Source of the DNA: Selaginella moellendorffii
Taxonomy: Eukaryota; Plantae; Lycopodiophyta
NCBI RefSeq assembly: GCF_000143415.4
Contig: NW_003314316.1
Span: forward strand, 515,220 to 579,219
Length of the DNA stretch: 64,000 bases
Direction of reading: 5' to 3'
Shown: positions 11,778 through 24,673 of the stretch, piece by piece
How the letters are laid out: the number at the start of each line of letters is the position of its first letter
Numbering within the stretch: position 1 is the stretch's first letter
The notes under the pieces: model-generated
Database searches by the model: none
What the model was told of the DNA's origin: nothing
The model's input: the letters and a program-made list of their open reading frames with translations, nothing else
Made by a program: the position numbers and the translations under genes

Positions 11778-12442
11778 TGTGGTGCGAAACCCAAGGTTCA
11801 GGGCCTTGGGCCACTGAATGAAGGAACGGTGCCAAACTTCCAAACATGGAGCAAAGGAGCAACGGAACTAGACCATAGAGCAACTCCCGAGCATACAACC
11901 CAAGGAGCAAAGGGACAGGAGCCCGGAGCGACTTAGAACAATCCTAGAGCAACCAACATCTCTTTGCAAAGACTAGCACGCAAAACGGAGTTAAATGGAG
12001 TTTAGCGCTATTTCGGCATACTAGTGGCCTAACGCAAGGAGATGGACACTCCACCAGCTAGCATGGAATGGAACTTGGGCTTAAACCCAAGCCAAACGCA
12101 GAACAAGGACAGATACACAAGCAGAAGTTAGACTATGCCTCAGGTTGGTCGGCCATGCTTGACCTACTCACTATCCCTAGAACCCCCAACACCCCCTTGA
12201 GGAACACACGCTTTAAACTTTCACCTTAAACTACCTTTAGTTACTAAATATGGAATATCCCTAGATTGTGAATTTAGACATAGAACGAACACCATTGTGT
12301 TCAAGCTGATCTCTACATTCTGTAAATATGCCAAACGAGTGAATTTAGACACTTTCCATAATTAGCATTTAGGACCGAAATGAGACTAACATAAAAGGCA
12401 TGATAGCGAGGGTGTTTGGTAAACATAATAAGCTATCATCCA
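11778..12442 (-). mobile_element. Solo/relic LTR of a family also present at ~41380-42010
   Basis: Colinear similarity to 41520-42010 (e.g. ttactaaatatggaat…accattgtgttcaagc…agctatcatc). It carries the reverse complement of the ggtgaaag…aaagcgtg…tagggatagtg core also found in the gypsy LTRs. Ends are approximate. Confidence 0.7.
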
Positions 12443-12910
12443 GTGATATTAAGGGACCAATCTCAATACGCAAGGGTTCTTGTCAAGCTAGTGCAAAACA
12501 GAGCAAAAGAGAACTAAAAGCCAGACCGAGTATGCTCAGCTAGAAACATATAGGAGTTTTTACCTTATTTCCATCTGGTTAAGTACAGGTGCTAAGCCCA
12601 GTTTACTAACACTTGAACAAGAGGGGTTGATAAAGGGAACCAACAATACCGACCTCTTGCCGTCGTGGAAGTAAGAAAAGAATATCCAAAAGGACTAGCC
12701 GATAGATAACTTTCGATACCTGAAGTCACATTCACGGCATTTTTCTTCAAAAGATGAAAAAGCGATGATGATAAATCAAGTGAAATATCTTGAACTTCTG
12801 TTAAATGATAATAGAATGATAAAAGAATTTAAAACTTCCATAAAATCATTAATGTAATTGTTGATAAGTATGATAGAAACAAAATCTAATGCTATAACAC
12901 AAGTATTAAT

Positions 12911-14008
12911 TGTAAGGAACCAACTCCTCGAGGTGTCGTAGGCTAAAGGATCCCCGAAAGCATGACCAAAATGATAAAGAGTTCATCGGATGGGACCGAG
13001 TCCAAGACCGACTCGGAGACCGAGTTCGAGATAGAGTCCGGAATTGAGTCCGAGGTCGACTCGGAGACTAAGTTCGAGACCGAGTTTGAGATGGAGTCCG
13101 GGATCCGAAATTGGGTCCAAGACCGAGTCCGAGGTTGAGTCCGAGGTCGGGTCCGAGATCGGGTCCGAGATCGAGTCCGAGATCGAGTCCGAGACCGAAT
13201 CCGAAGTCGGATCCGAGATCGAGCCAGAGACTAAGTCCGAGTACTAATATGGGTCAAGGGGTGAAAGCCCAAAGCGTGCATCTCCCAGGGGGGGGGGGCT
13301 GCAGGGGGTTCCAAAAGTATAGTAGGGATAGTGAGGTCTAGGAACCAGTCTTGAAGGAACTCTCCAGTGGTGCTTCCAAACTGACTTGAGGTTGAGACTA
13401 GGGCCGAGGGGCCTTGGGTGGGAGTGAGCATGGGCTTGGGTGGTGCCGGAGGGACCACCCAGGGAAGTGTTCAAGAGCAGCTCCCACTCCTGAAAGGGAA
13501 ACCGACTGCGGTGCTCCCGACTCATGTGGAGTGGTGCCCCACTTGAGTACCTTGTGGCTCATTGGTCCTCGCCCTTCTTAGGGGCTTGGGCCTTCCCTTC
13601 AGGATGGAAGTGGGGGGGTAGAGGTATCCATACCGGGCCGTTAGGCCCCGGTGTTTCGCCCCGACGTCCTGAAGCAAGTGCTGCACCCAAGGCTTGGGAT
13701 TTAGAGGGTCCCATGATCAAGTCTTGTTGTACCAAGGGGTGTTAGGAACCTGGAGGCTTGGTGTGCTTGGCTGTTTGTGCCTGCGGGGAGTGTAGCCGAA
13801 CCTTAAGTCCAGTCTAACCTGGGGAGGGGGATTGGGAGAGATTTGGGAATCCGTAGATGGATGGCTAACACTCCGTTGCTTGTGCAGTGAGTAGCTGAAA
13901 CCAAGTAGGACCAAGTAGGAGCTGGTACAATAGGCGAGAACCTTGGCAAGGGAACTTAGCACAAGCCAAGGCAGTGTTGGTCGCATAGACAAGGTAAGCT
14001 GGCAAATA
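12911..14008 (+). repeat. 5' LTR (contains CCGAGT/CCGAGA tandem array at ~12995-13242)
   Basis: Direct repeat of 19271-~20132, followed by TT and TGGTATC. Confidence 0.93.
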
Positions 14009-14010
14009 TT

Positions 14011-14022
14011 TGGTATCGGAGA
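14011..14022 (+). promoter_or_regulatory. Primer-binding site, tRNA-iMet-like (TGGTATCGGAG)
   Basis: Lies immediately after the 5' LTR and resembles the canonical TGGTATCAGAGC. Confidence 0.8.
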
Positions 14023-17000
14023 CTTTTCCTCAGTTCTAGCTAAGGATAGAGGCGGATTGTTGGGAGATGGCAAAGCCAGGGTGTAAGCGAACCCAGGTGG
14101 AGATGGAACCTCCACCAGAGCTGGAGCCTCCGGTCGAACAAGAGGCTATGGATGAGGAATCCTTGCATGAGGAGGACTCTAGTGAGGAAACTTCCAAACA
14201 GGAGTCCGGTGGCGAGGTTCGGTCGTCTAAGGCTCGATTGGACGTTCTAGAAAGACAATTGGCGCAGACCAATGCCCTGCTGGAGACTCTCGTATGCAAG
14301 CTAAAGTGTAATGAGAAGCAGAAGAAAAAGCGAAAGACTGCAGATGCTGGTGGCGCAGAAGGTGTGGACCCTTCGGCAGGGACTGAGGCAAAACCAAACA
14401 AAGTCGAACAGACCGAAGTGGAATCAGTCCCTCAGGCAGTTCCCAAGTACAAACCAAAGCCCCCACCGGTCTTCAAGGGAGTGAACGACTATAAGGTGGT
14501 GGAGGATTGGTTTTACGATATGGAGGACTACTTCCGAGCGTTGCGGTTACCGAGCTCAAAGAAGGTCCCATGTGCAAAACTATACTTGGCAGATAATGCC
14601 AAGTCTTGGTGGAGAATGACAGAGGCCAACGAAGGACCGGTGGCCACTTGGGAAATGATGAAGGCGAGGATCCGCGCGACTTACGTTCCTTCAAATGCTA
14701 CCTTGCATTTAAGGGACGAGCTGAGTAGGCTAAAACAGACCGAAACCATTCAGGAGTATGTGAATGGGTTTATGGCAAAGAGGATACTTGTCATGGACAT
14801 GGGGGATATGGATGTGTTCCATGCCTTCATATCAGGTTTGCAAACCTGGGCTCGCGGTGAGGTGATGCGGTGGAACCCAACCAACTACAAGGAAGCGTTG
14901 GATGCAGCCATCAAGGTGCATTTCAACGATAGCCTGCGAAAGGGGAACATGACGGGGTTGGGATCCACATTTAGCAAAGGGGCCAAACCAAGGGGAACAT
15001 ATAGCAAGGGGAAATTCAAGAAGAGTTTCTCTAAGAATGAGTCCTCGGGGTTCCGAAAAGGCAAATCCGGTGGCCAGCGAACGAGTACGTGGGGGAGTCA
15101 AGCGAAAAGAGACAAACCCACGGATAAAAAGGTCAAGTCGTATAGCAGCGTGGGAAACAACATATGCTACAACTGCGGTGAAGCAGGACACTTTTCGAGG
15201 GAATGTCCCTACCCGAAGAAGGCCAGAGCCAATATGGCCATCAAGTCGGGTGAAGTCCAAACTGAGGTATTTGATCCAGTCCCTAACTCAAAGTTACTCA
15301 TTACACAAGCAACTTTGGTAGAGAGTCGTTCGCGACATCTGCTAGCCCTCCGAGGGAAGCTCGGAGGTAGCTTTGTTAAGATCCTTATTGACACGGGTGC
15401 TTCGGATAATTTTGTGGCTGCAGACATAGTCCGGCAAGCTAGACTAACGGTGCAGCGGCTAGGCAAACCAAGGACTATAGAGTTTGTTCAAGGTAGCCAA
15501 AGCACTGATGAGGTACTTTGACAAGCGAGAGTCGAAGTAGGGACTTGGAAAGTAGACATGGACTTCACCGTGTTGGGCATGGCAGGATTTGACGTGATCT
15601 TCGGGATGGATTGGTTCAATCGGTTCATGGTAGCCCTACATGAACAAGGTAGGAACCTTGTGATACTGGCAAATGCTCAAGGAAGAAGATCTAAGGTGGA
15701 GGCCCAAGATCTAAAGGTAGGGCAAAGCAAGGCCAAAGATTCCTGCTTAAACCTGGTGTCCACGAAAGGACAACTCACTAAAGGAACTAAGGCAGCCTTT
15801 TTGTGCTTACTCTCGGTGAAGAGTAACAAAAAGACAGGAACGGAAGAAGTACCTTTAGTGATCCAGTGGGTGTTGGACCAATTCTAAGATACCATGCTGG
15901 AGGAGCTACCGGCGGGGTTGCCCCCCGCACGACCGATAGAACATAAGATTGAGCTAGTCGAGGGTGCTGAGGCGGTGGTTCGTCCCCCCTATCGTTTGAA
16001 TGAAAAAGAACTCAAGGAGCTCAAGTGCCAACTAGAGGAGTTGGTGGACAAAGGGTATGTTAGGTTGAGCAAGTCGCCGTATGGGGCGCTAGTGTTATTT
16101 ATGAAAAAGAAAGATGGTTCTATGCACATGTGCATAGACTACTAGTTGCTTAACAAGTATACAAAGAAGAACAAGTACCATTTGCCAAGAATTGAGGACC
16201 TGTTCAATAGGTTGGGAAAGGCAAAATACTTCTCGAGGATTGACCTAAGGTCGGGATACTACCAGATCAGGGTAGCCGAGGAAAATGTCGAGAAGACAAC
16301 CTGTCGAACGAGGTATGGGAGCTTTGAGTTTCTGGTGATGCCCTTCGGGCTATGCAATGCGCCGGCAACGTTTTCGGTGTTGATGAATCACATCTTTGTA
16401 CCCTATCTAGATCACTTCGTGGTCGTCTATATCGACGACATCATGATCTATAGCGAGATGCTAGAGGAGCATGCCGAACACTTGGTGAAGGTGTTTGAGA
16501 AACTAAGGGAACACAAACTATATGCTAAAGAGAGCAAATGTGACTTTGCTCAACAAGAGGTAAAGTTTCTCGGGCATGTGGTGGGCCAGGACGGGCTCAA
16601 AGTGGACCTAGAGAAGGTCCAAGCGATCCAGGAATGGGAGCGACCATTGAATGTACATGAGTTGAGGGCGTTCTTGGGGCTATGCAACTACTACCAAAAG
16701 TTTATCAAACACTATTCAAGAGTAGCCCTGCCCTTAACGGACCAAACAGAAAAAGCGAAGATGGTATGGATAGCGGAATGCGAGGCGGCATTCGTCCACC
16801 TCAAAGGGAAGTTGAGGAAGGCTCCCGTGTTGGCATTACCAGACTTTGGTAAGGACTTTGAGGTAGAAACGGATGCTTCGGACTTTGCGTTGGGCGCAGT
16901 TTTGAAGCAAGACAACCATCCAGTAGCGTTCTTCTCGAAGAAGTTGGACAAGGCTCAACGGAAGTGGCCTGCCCACGAGAAGGAATTGTTTGCGGTGGTC

Positions 17001-17940
17001 AAGGCGCTCAAGGAGTGGCGACACTACCTTGGGAGACACTTCAAGGTTTACACGGACAATGTGGCAACGAAACACTTCTTGTCACAACCTGATCTAAGAG
17101 GGAAACAAGGTCGGTGGGCCAATGCCTTGGCCGAGTTTGATTGCGAGATTCTGTACAAGCCTGGGAAGTGCAACATCGTGGCGGATGCACTAAGTCAAAA
17201 AGCGAGCTTAAGGTTGGCGATATCCAGCGCAATAGCAACCTTTTGGGACGATGTGCGAACAGCATATGAGACCGATGGTCTAGCACAAGAAGTGTTGCTG
17301 AGGAATCTAGAGGCACGGGAAACTTACCAGAGAGGCGAGCTGCCAACGGAAGAGAAAACAGGCTATGCGGAACGCAACGGACTCATTTATTACAAGCAAA
17401 CGAGGGTGTATGTTCCAGAAGGGGAACTAAGGAAGGTAGCCTTAGAAGAGTGTCATGACGGACCTCTTGCAGGACACGGCGGAGTGCCCAAGATGATGGG
17501 CTTACTCAAGAGGAAGTACCATTGGCCAGATATGGCTAAGGATGTCCAAGATTATGTAAAGATATGTCCAACATGTCAACAGGTCAAAGCCGTGACTAAG
17601 GCTAGTGGGGGTTTGTTGCAAAGCATCCCAATTCCAGATCGTCCGTGGAAATGTCTTACGATGGACTTCATCACGGGACTTCCCCCAAGCGAGGGGTTTG
17701 ATGCAATATTCGTGGTGGTGGACCAATTTTCGAAAATGGCATATTTCATACCCACCATAACGGAAGTGGATGCGGAAGGTGTGGCGAAGCTGTTCTTCAA
17801 ACAAGTGGTTCGAGTGCGGGGAAGGCCAGAAGAGATCATCTCAGATCGAGATAAGATCTTCACTAATAGGTTTTGGAGGACTCTCTTGGAACAGTATCAC
17901 ACCAAGTTGAAATTCAGCACAGCTTATCACCCACAGACAA

Positions 17941-17987
17941 GTATGGGGTATTAAGTCAAGTTTGGTGGCACTAACACTTCTTGATAG
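17941..17987 (+). other. Putative spliceosomal intron 1 in integrase (47 bp)
   Basis: GTATGG…CACTAAC…TAG; removal gives YHPQTNGQTERVN. Confidence 0.85.
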
Positions 17988-18405
17988 ACGGACAAACGGA
18001 AAGGGTGAATAGGCAGCTGGAGGATTATTTGCAATGCTATGTCTCGGTAGACCAGACCGATTGGGTAAGTCATTTGGGACTTGCGGAAATGTGTTATAAC
18101 AACTCACCACATTCGAGTATCGGGGTGAGTCCATGGGAAGTCATCAATGGGCGAGCTATTAAAGGTCCTATGGAACTCGGCGTGGCCGAGTATCATGGAG
18201 AGCTACCCGTAGTGGAGGCATTCACGGCGGAAAGACTCAACATTTGGAATCTAGTGAGGGATTCCTTGGAACGGGCGCAACAAAGGCAAACCAAGTACGC
18301 GAACCAGAAGCGCCGGGATATAGAGTTCCAAGCTGGGGAGAAGGTGTGGCTTAACACCAAGAACCTCAGGCTACCAAGTGGGATCAGCCGAAAGTTGACC
18401 CAAAG

Positions 18406-18457
18406 GTAAAAACACATGTATTCCTGTAAATGAATTGATCTTGAGTTCCTTAAGCAG
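18406..18457 (+). other. Putative spliceosomal intron 2 in integrase (52 bp)
   Basis: AG|GTAAAA…TAAGCAG|G; removal gives RKLTQRFAGPYEI (GPY/F motif). Confidence 0.85.
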
Positions 18458-19256
18458 GTTCGCGGGGCCTTACGAGATTGAGGCATGAATCGGTAAAGTG
18501 GCTTACCAACTCCGACTTCCTCAAGAGATGGGGAAGATGCACCCAGTGTTCCACGTGAACTTACTCAAGCCGTACTTTGAGGATCCGCTTCGCAAGGACC
18601 AAATAAGACCTTTACCTAAGGCTATTCAAGGGGAAGAGGAATACGAAGTCGAGGCCATCTTCAATGCGCGCAAAAGCAAGCGACAAGGATGCTAGGTGAG
18701 AGAGTTCCATGTGAAGTGGAAAGGATTTCCATACTGCGAAGCAACATGGGAACCGGAAGAGAACTTAGCGAACGCGCGAGATCTAGTGAAGGAATTTCTG
18801 CAAGGCAGAACTCTATGTACTTATGCAAAGTTCAATTAAAGTATCAATTTGTGAAGTTGAGCAATGGCATATGTTGGGACCCGAAGGTGTGCCGAAGATA
18901 AGCTAATTAGCATGGGTTAGCAAGGTTGACCAGGCATAGGGAACTATGCCCGACTCCCTGCGGGGATGTCGAATCCGTAGACGTATTCTACGGAGGTTGG
19001 GTTCAAGTCCCAACCCCCTAGTAAAGCAAGGTTGGGTTCAAGTCCCGACCCTATACTAGGGCGTGGTGAGGTGAGGAGTATAGGGACACCTATATTTCGT
19101 TGGCCGGGGAGGCTAACTTAGGCACACCGCTAAGTGGGGGGATGCCCTCAGAGACATGGTTAGGCACACCGCTAAGTGGGGGGATGCCTTCAGAGACATG
19201 GTCAACAAGTCGTAGGATAAAAAAGAGACGTTCGATGTGGGCATCAAACTTCTTCT

Positions 19257-19270
19257 ATGGGTGGTGGAGT
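19257..19270 (+). promoter_or_regulatory. Polypurine tract
   Basis: ATGGGTGGTGGAGT directly precedes the 3' LTR. Confidence 0.7.
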
Positions 19271-20132
19271 TGTAAGGAACCAACTCCCCGAGGTGTCGTA
19301 GGCTAAAGGATCCCCGAAAGCATGACCAAAATGATAAAGAGTTCATCGAATGGGACCGAGTCCAAGATCGAGTCCAAGACCGACTCGGAGACCGAGTTCA
19401 AGATAGAGTCCGGAATTGAGTTCGAGGTCGACTCAGAGACCGAGTTCGAGACTGAGTTCGAGACGGAGTCCGAGATCCGAAATCGGGTCCGAGACCGAGT
19501 CCGAGGTTGAGTCCAAGGTCGGGTCCGAGATCGGGTCCGAGATCGAGTCCGAGATCGAGTCCGAGACCGAATCCGAAGTCGGATCCGAGATCAAGTCCGA
19601 GATCGAGCCAGAGACTAAGTCCAAGTACTAATACGGGTCAAGGGGTGAAAGCCCAAAGCGTGCGTCTCCCAGGGGGGGGGGCAGCAGGGGGTTCCAAAAG
19701 TATAGTAGGGATAGTGAGGTCTAGGAACCAGTTTTGAAGGAACTCTCCATACCCATACCGGGCCATTAGGCCCCGGTGTTTCGCCCTGACGTCCCGAAGC
19801 AAGTGCTGCACCCAAGGCTTGGGATTTAGAGGGTCCCATGATCAAGTCTTGTTGTACCAAGGGGTGTTAGGAACCTGGAGGCTTGGTGTGCTTTGCTGCT
19901 TGTGCCTGCGGGGAGTGTAGTTGAACCTTAAGTCCAGTTTAACCCGGGGAGGGGGATTGGGAGAGATTTGGGAATCCGTAGATGGATAGCTAACACTCCG
20001 TTGCTTGTGCAGTGAGAAGCTGAAACCAAGTAGGACCAAGTAGGAGCTAGTACAATAAGTGAGAACCTTGGCAAGGGAACTTAACACAAGCCAAGGCAGT
20101 GTTAGTCGGATAGACGAGGTAAGTTGGCAAAT
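19271..20132 (+). repeat. 3' LTR (lacks ~260 bp present in 5' LTR)
   Basis: Direct repeat of 12911-14008. Confidence 0.93.
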
Positions 20133-20374
20133 TGGAAAGGAAAAATTTGTGGCTTACATTAATCAACTACAAAATCCTAATGAACCAATTATAACTTTAT
20201 ATGAATTTACCAATACTCAAATCAACTTTAAAGTCATAATTTTAAACCAAAATAAAGGATTTCAAGGGTTATTATAATTTATAAAACACAATTGCAACAA
20301 AAAATATATAAACCCTTGAATTTAGACTTCTTAGGAAGTCATCTAGCCTAGTACTATTTGAATTGTCTTTCTAG

Positions 20375-20474
20375 NNNNNNNNNNNNNNNNNNNNNNNNNN
20401 NNNNNNNNNNNNNNNNNNNNNNNNNNNNNNNNNNNNNNNNNNNNNNNNNNNNNNNNNNNNNNNNNNNNNNNNNN
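20375..20474. other. Assembly gap
   Basis: 100 consecutive N. Confidence 1.
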
Positions 20475-21734
20475 CCACAAATCTCTTAGAGCTTAACCAA
20501 AAGAAACTAACTATAAGATATCAATTTTAATATGTGGTGTGATTTCTTTAAACCAATTAACAAAAATGGATCTGAAACCTTTTTAATATTAAATATAAAT
20601 TCTTTAATTTAAATTTTTTGGGGTGCACTGTTATTTATTTGCCTTTTCCTTGTATATATGAATCCCAATAAATCTTCTCTTAAGTTATTTTCTATAGTTG
20701 TTTATAATATTTCACTTTTAAATTTGCCTACTAGCCATCTTCCAAGACTATTGTTAATTTAGATGCACAACTTCTTTTTTTTTGTCCAAAATGTCATTTT
20801 TATGAAAATAGACTCACTCTATTCATCTTCTATTTCCTTATGTCCTCTATTCAAAAGAAAAAAAACGTTTTGAAACACCAACTTTAGTTAAATTTATTAC
20901 ACTCATTCTCACTTTACCATCTATGTTCAATGTCCCTTCACTTTTGTATTTGTTTAATTTCATTGTGTTGAGGTTAAATATTTCATTTGGACTTATGATG
21001 TTTGTCATTTTTCACTTCATAATTTATAGTCCATTTTCACTCTACTATTGTATCCACTTGTCAATATTCTATAATCAAAGTTGGACTCTCATTCTTCCCC
21101 TCTACCCCTCTTTCGAAGGAAAACATATTTGAAGCATCAAGGTAAAAAAGAGAAAAAGAAAAAAAAATTGAGGAAGAAACAGTGTGGAAGAAAAAAATGT
21201 GGAGAGAGAAACATAAAAGAAATTATTTTAACAATTGTTAAAGCAAAAATGAGAAAATAAAAAGAAAAAAATGTATTTAAAGTTCAGATACTAGGATATT
21301 TTAGCTAGCACAAGGTAAACAAAAAATTCACACCACTTAACTGCCTCAACACTTGAAATAGGAAAATGAATAAAAAAATCATACTTTGAAGGGAGTAAAA
21401 ATATTCTTTAGTAACAATAATAAAACAAATACTCAATATATTAAGGATTGTTGAAAAAATATTGAAGTAGTACCAATAAGATCATAACCAAAAACTCGAT
21501 TTGAAAAGGATATGGTAACATAAAGGACAACATATCATTTATAGCCTTAAACAACACACTTATTAATCATGACAGTGTGGTATAACAAAAGAGAATGCAA
21601 TGAAATCAAAATAAATAGATTGGCTACCTATAATCCTACATTTTGCAAAAAAACTAACACCAGGAATAAGAACAAAATCACAATCCCAAATACTCAGCAA
21701 AGATAATTAAAAATAATTAGTAAAGGTCTTCTCT

Positions 21735-24673
21735 TTAAACCTCATAAACCAGATTCCCTTCCCCACTTGCAAGGCGACTCACCGCATTGACCACAATCGG
21801 GCTGCGAACAGTGTGTGTGTTGTCATACCACACATACTCACCATACACGTACTGTCGAGGCAGGAAATCATAGTTCACAACGAAGTTGAGCGTGAACGTC
21901 TTTTGCTCCCCCTTCTTGCTGAAAGTCAAGCTCGTTGCATTGGCAGTAACACTGATCCCACTTGGTGGAGTTATACCAATCCTATATGTGCTTGGCGAAT
22001 CACTGACACTGGTGAGAGTTCTTGTCACTGTTGCTTCTCTTGCCAGATTGGTGACTGTCACTGAGGGGTAGTTTAAGTTGTTGCCTCGGCCTCTGACGGA
22101 AGGACATGTCTCGGGTTTCCCAGTTATAAGTTCGACCTGTTTTGCAGACAAGCCAATGTTGCACAAGAAAGAAACATAGTCCTGCTCCCCTGCGTCGTAA
22201 ACAAGCCCTGGATCTGCTGCTGCAACCGGGTTGATGTGTCCGGATCCATAGTTGAAGGGAGTAGCGATGTCATAGTCCCCGTCCAGAATTGGCTTCCCAG
22301 TGCTGTCTTGTGTGTAAGCTGTGGTGAAGGATGAGAACTGTGAGAAATTTCGGCAGCTTTTAAGTCATACCTGTGGTCATGATCGCAGACTTGATTGCTG
22401 CCGCACTCCAACCCGGGTACATGGATTTGAGCAGTGTGCTTAATCCGGCAACGTGAGGACTGGCCATCGAAGTTCCACTGTCGAACTTATACTTGAGAGG
22501 TGGCTTATCAGCTGCTTCTGACCATGCGGCAAGGATGTCCACACCTGGAGCTGTTATGTCTGGCTGTTTTTCCACTCGCACAAACGCCGATACAATTAGT
22601 CAGTGTGAAACATATACAAATCACATAACACAGACCTTGAGAATGTCTGGGACTTCAGGGTTGGGACCTTTACAAGAGAAGATTCCCATCATGGGCGATG
22701 GCTTCTGGTTAAGCACTGTTGTTGGCGTTTTAATCGTCGCAGTTGGATTCCTAAAAGACGTGATCAATCAGCTATCGAGCAAAGCTCGCTTACATGCTTG
22801 ACTTGATGTAGGAAGAAATCGAATTTGCAGCTTTGTTTCCAACTTGAGTAGCAGGCATCGTGAATCTGAGTGACAGCAATCTCTCCTTGCCAACTGCGTT
22901 GTTTCCCACAATGAAGCCAATGGCACCAATAGCTTTCATTCCATCAGTGACATATTTGATAGGATCGCTGGATGGCTCTGGAGCGCCGCAAAAGATTATC
23001 TTTCCCCGTGCTTTGGCAGGATCCAGAGCTCCAGGGGAGCAGCCGGCAGCACTAGAAAAACATAGAAAATCCTGGTGTCAAAATAAAACAAAGAATGCAC
23101 ACATGCTTGCCTTGCGGGTGAAGTTGTAGGCTTAGCAGGGATGTCCCCTCCATACACCAGAGGATAGAAAGTATTGCCGAGATCGAAATTGGCAAGGCTG
23201 GATCCCTGGACATGAAAGTTAGAAGGAACGAGAAAATCAGCTATGATAGAAAAGAACTTACCTGGTATACTGAACCATCTCCCAGGACGACGTTGCACGG
23301 GAGGCGTCGATCGGTCGTGCTCGCAGCGACGGTCATCACCCACGGCGCAGTGTTCTGGACAACACACCCGGCGTCACCATTCATAGCAGCCGCGACCACC
23401 ACAATCCCCCTTTGCGTGGCATGGAAGCCACCGATGGAGGCAACGTCAGACCAGTAGGAACCTTTTCTGTTTCCCACCGAGAAGTTGATCACGTCCACAC
23501 CATCGCCAATCGCATCGTCCCATCCCTTGAGAACATTGGCGGCCGAGCATGTTCTTTCTGTCCAGCAGATCTTGTACACGGCGATTCGAGCCTGGGGCGC
23601 GACGCCCTTTGCGATGCCTCGCGCAAGCCCTAGTTCGTTGACGCCGGCCACAGGAGCTCCTGCGGCTATGGAGGAGACGTGAGATCCATGCCCAGTTGTA
23701 TCGCGAGGAGTCGGGTCGGCGATTCCAGATTTTCCGTAATAACGCGCGCCAATCACTTTCCTGCAAGCGCCTCCATCGAGATCCAGCAATACAAGAGAAG
23801 ATCGATCGAATTGATGGAACGCAAAAAGAGATCTAAATCCACGCTACCTGTTGCATTGGAAGGAGGCGCTCGAGGCACAGCTGCCTCGCCACTTCGCAGG
23901 AAGGGAAGCCGGCAGCCCGGCATCGCTGAAGCTCGCCGACTCTGGCCAGACCCCTATAGAAGAAAGCGCGAAAGATTTAAAGCTATGAAAGATTCGAATC
24001 TGGCATATACCCGAGTCCAGTACTCCAATTATCATGTTTTCACCCTTCGTCTTCTTCCACAGCGAGTTTGCTGCGGTGTTTCCGGATGCGTCCTCCAGCC
24101 CTATGAAGTTCATCGAACGGGTTGTTTGGAGGGACATTGTGTAGTCCTCAAACACAGAAACCACACCTGGCATCTCTGTAAAGAAAAAGAAATTTGGAAT
24201 TTATATGTTGTTTTAGATCTTGCGAAACAGCAGAAAAGAATGGAGAAAGTGGTGGAATTTACGTTGTAGCATAAACGCTTGGCTTGGGAGCATCTCTGCG
24301 GCAAAGCCATTGATCGCTTGGGTGTAGCTGTGGACAATAGTTTCCATGGCTGATTCCACACTTCTGCCAGGCACAAGAATAAGAAAAGTCTGAAAAAGCA
24401 AAAAGGAACAAAAGAACATATGAATGTCATATGTTGGGCATTTGGATGAGTTGCGGCTGATATTCACCTGTTGGACACAGATGCGAGCATTTGTGCATGG
24501 CGGCTAGACAGCAAATGGCTGTGATGCTGGTCAGCAGCGCCCATGTACACAATGTACACCTTTGGAATCTCCTGATCATCAGAACATTGAGTTGCATTGC
24601 ATGAAAAGAAGAGTGCCAAGAGCAAGGAGGAGATAAGGAGGCTGTAGCTATTGCATGAATGGGATGCATCCAT
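21735..24673 (-). CDS. Subtilisin-like serine protease (S8A), multi-exon
   Basis: Signal peptide, I9 propeptide (VYIVYMG…[12 protein letters not shown]), catalytic triad IIGVLDSG / HGSHVSS / [12 protein letters not shown] domain, and C-terminal LNYPS…VRSPIVV. Confidence 0.95.

Larger units (their letters stand above)
14067..18839 (+). pseudogene. gag-pol polyprotein (single frame, in-frame stops, two introns in integrase)
   Basis: Zn knuckle CYNCGEAGHFSREC, protease LIDTGAS, RT YIDDI, RNase H TDASD, integrase H-H-C-C and [11 protein letters not shown] motif, chromodomain EYEVEAI…VKWKGFPYCEATWEPEENL. Stops at 15519, 15885, 16143, 18486 and 18693. Confidence 0.95.
12911..20132 (+). mobile_element. 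Full-length, inactivated Ty3/gypsy chromovirus LTR retrotransposon
   Basis: Two direct LTRs starting TGTAAGGAACC, a PBS, a PPT, and gag-PR-RT-RH-INT-chromodomain order. No matching target-site duplication found. Confidence 0.97.

Noticed and set aside
12995-13247. Repeat array as CRISPR, or ORFs encoding SETESEVE/SPRS peptides
   Set aside because: No unique spacers or cas genes; these are LTR-internal tandem repeats and the ORFs are by-products.
15519-15521. TGA after the protease motif as programmed gag-pol readthrough
   Set aside because: It falls inside the protease domain and is one of five in-frame stops, consistent with decay.
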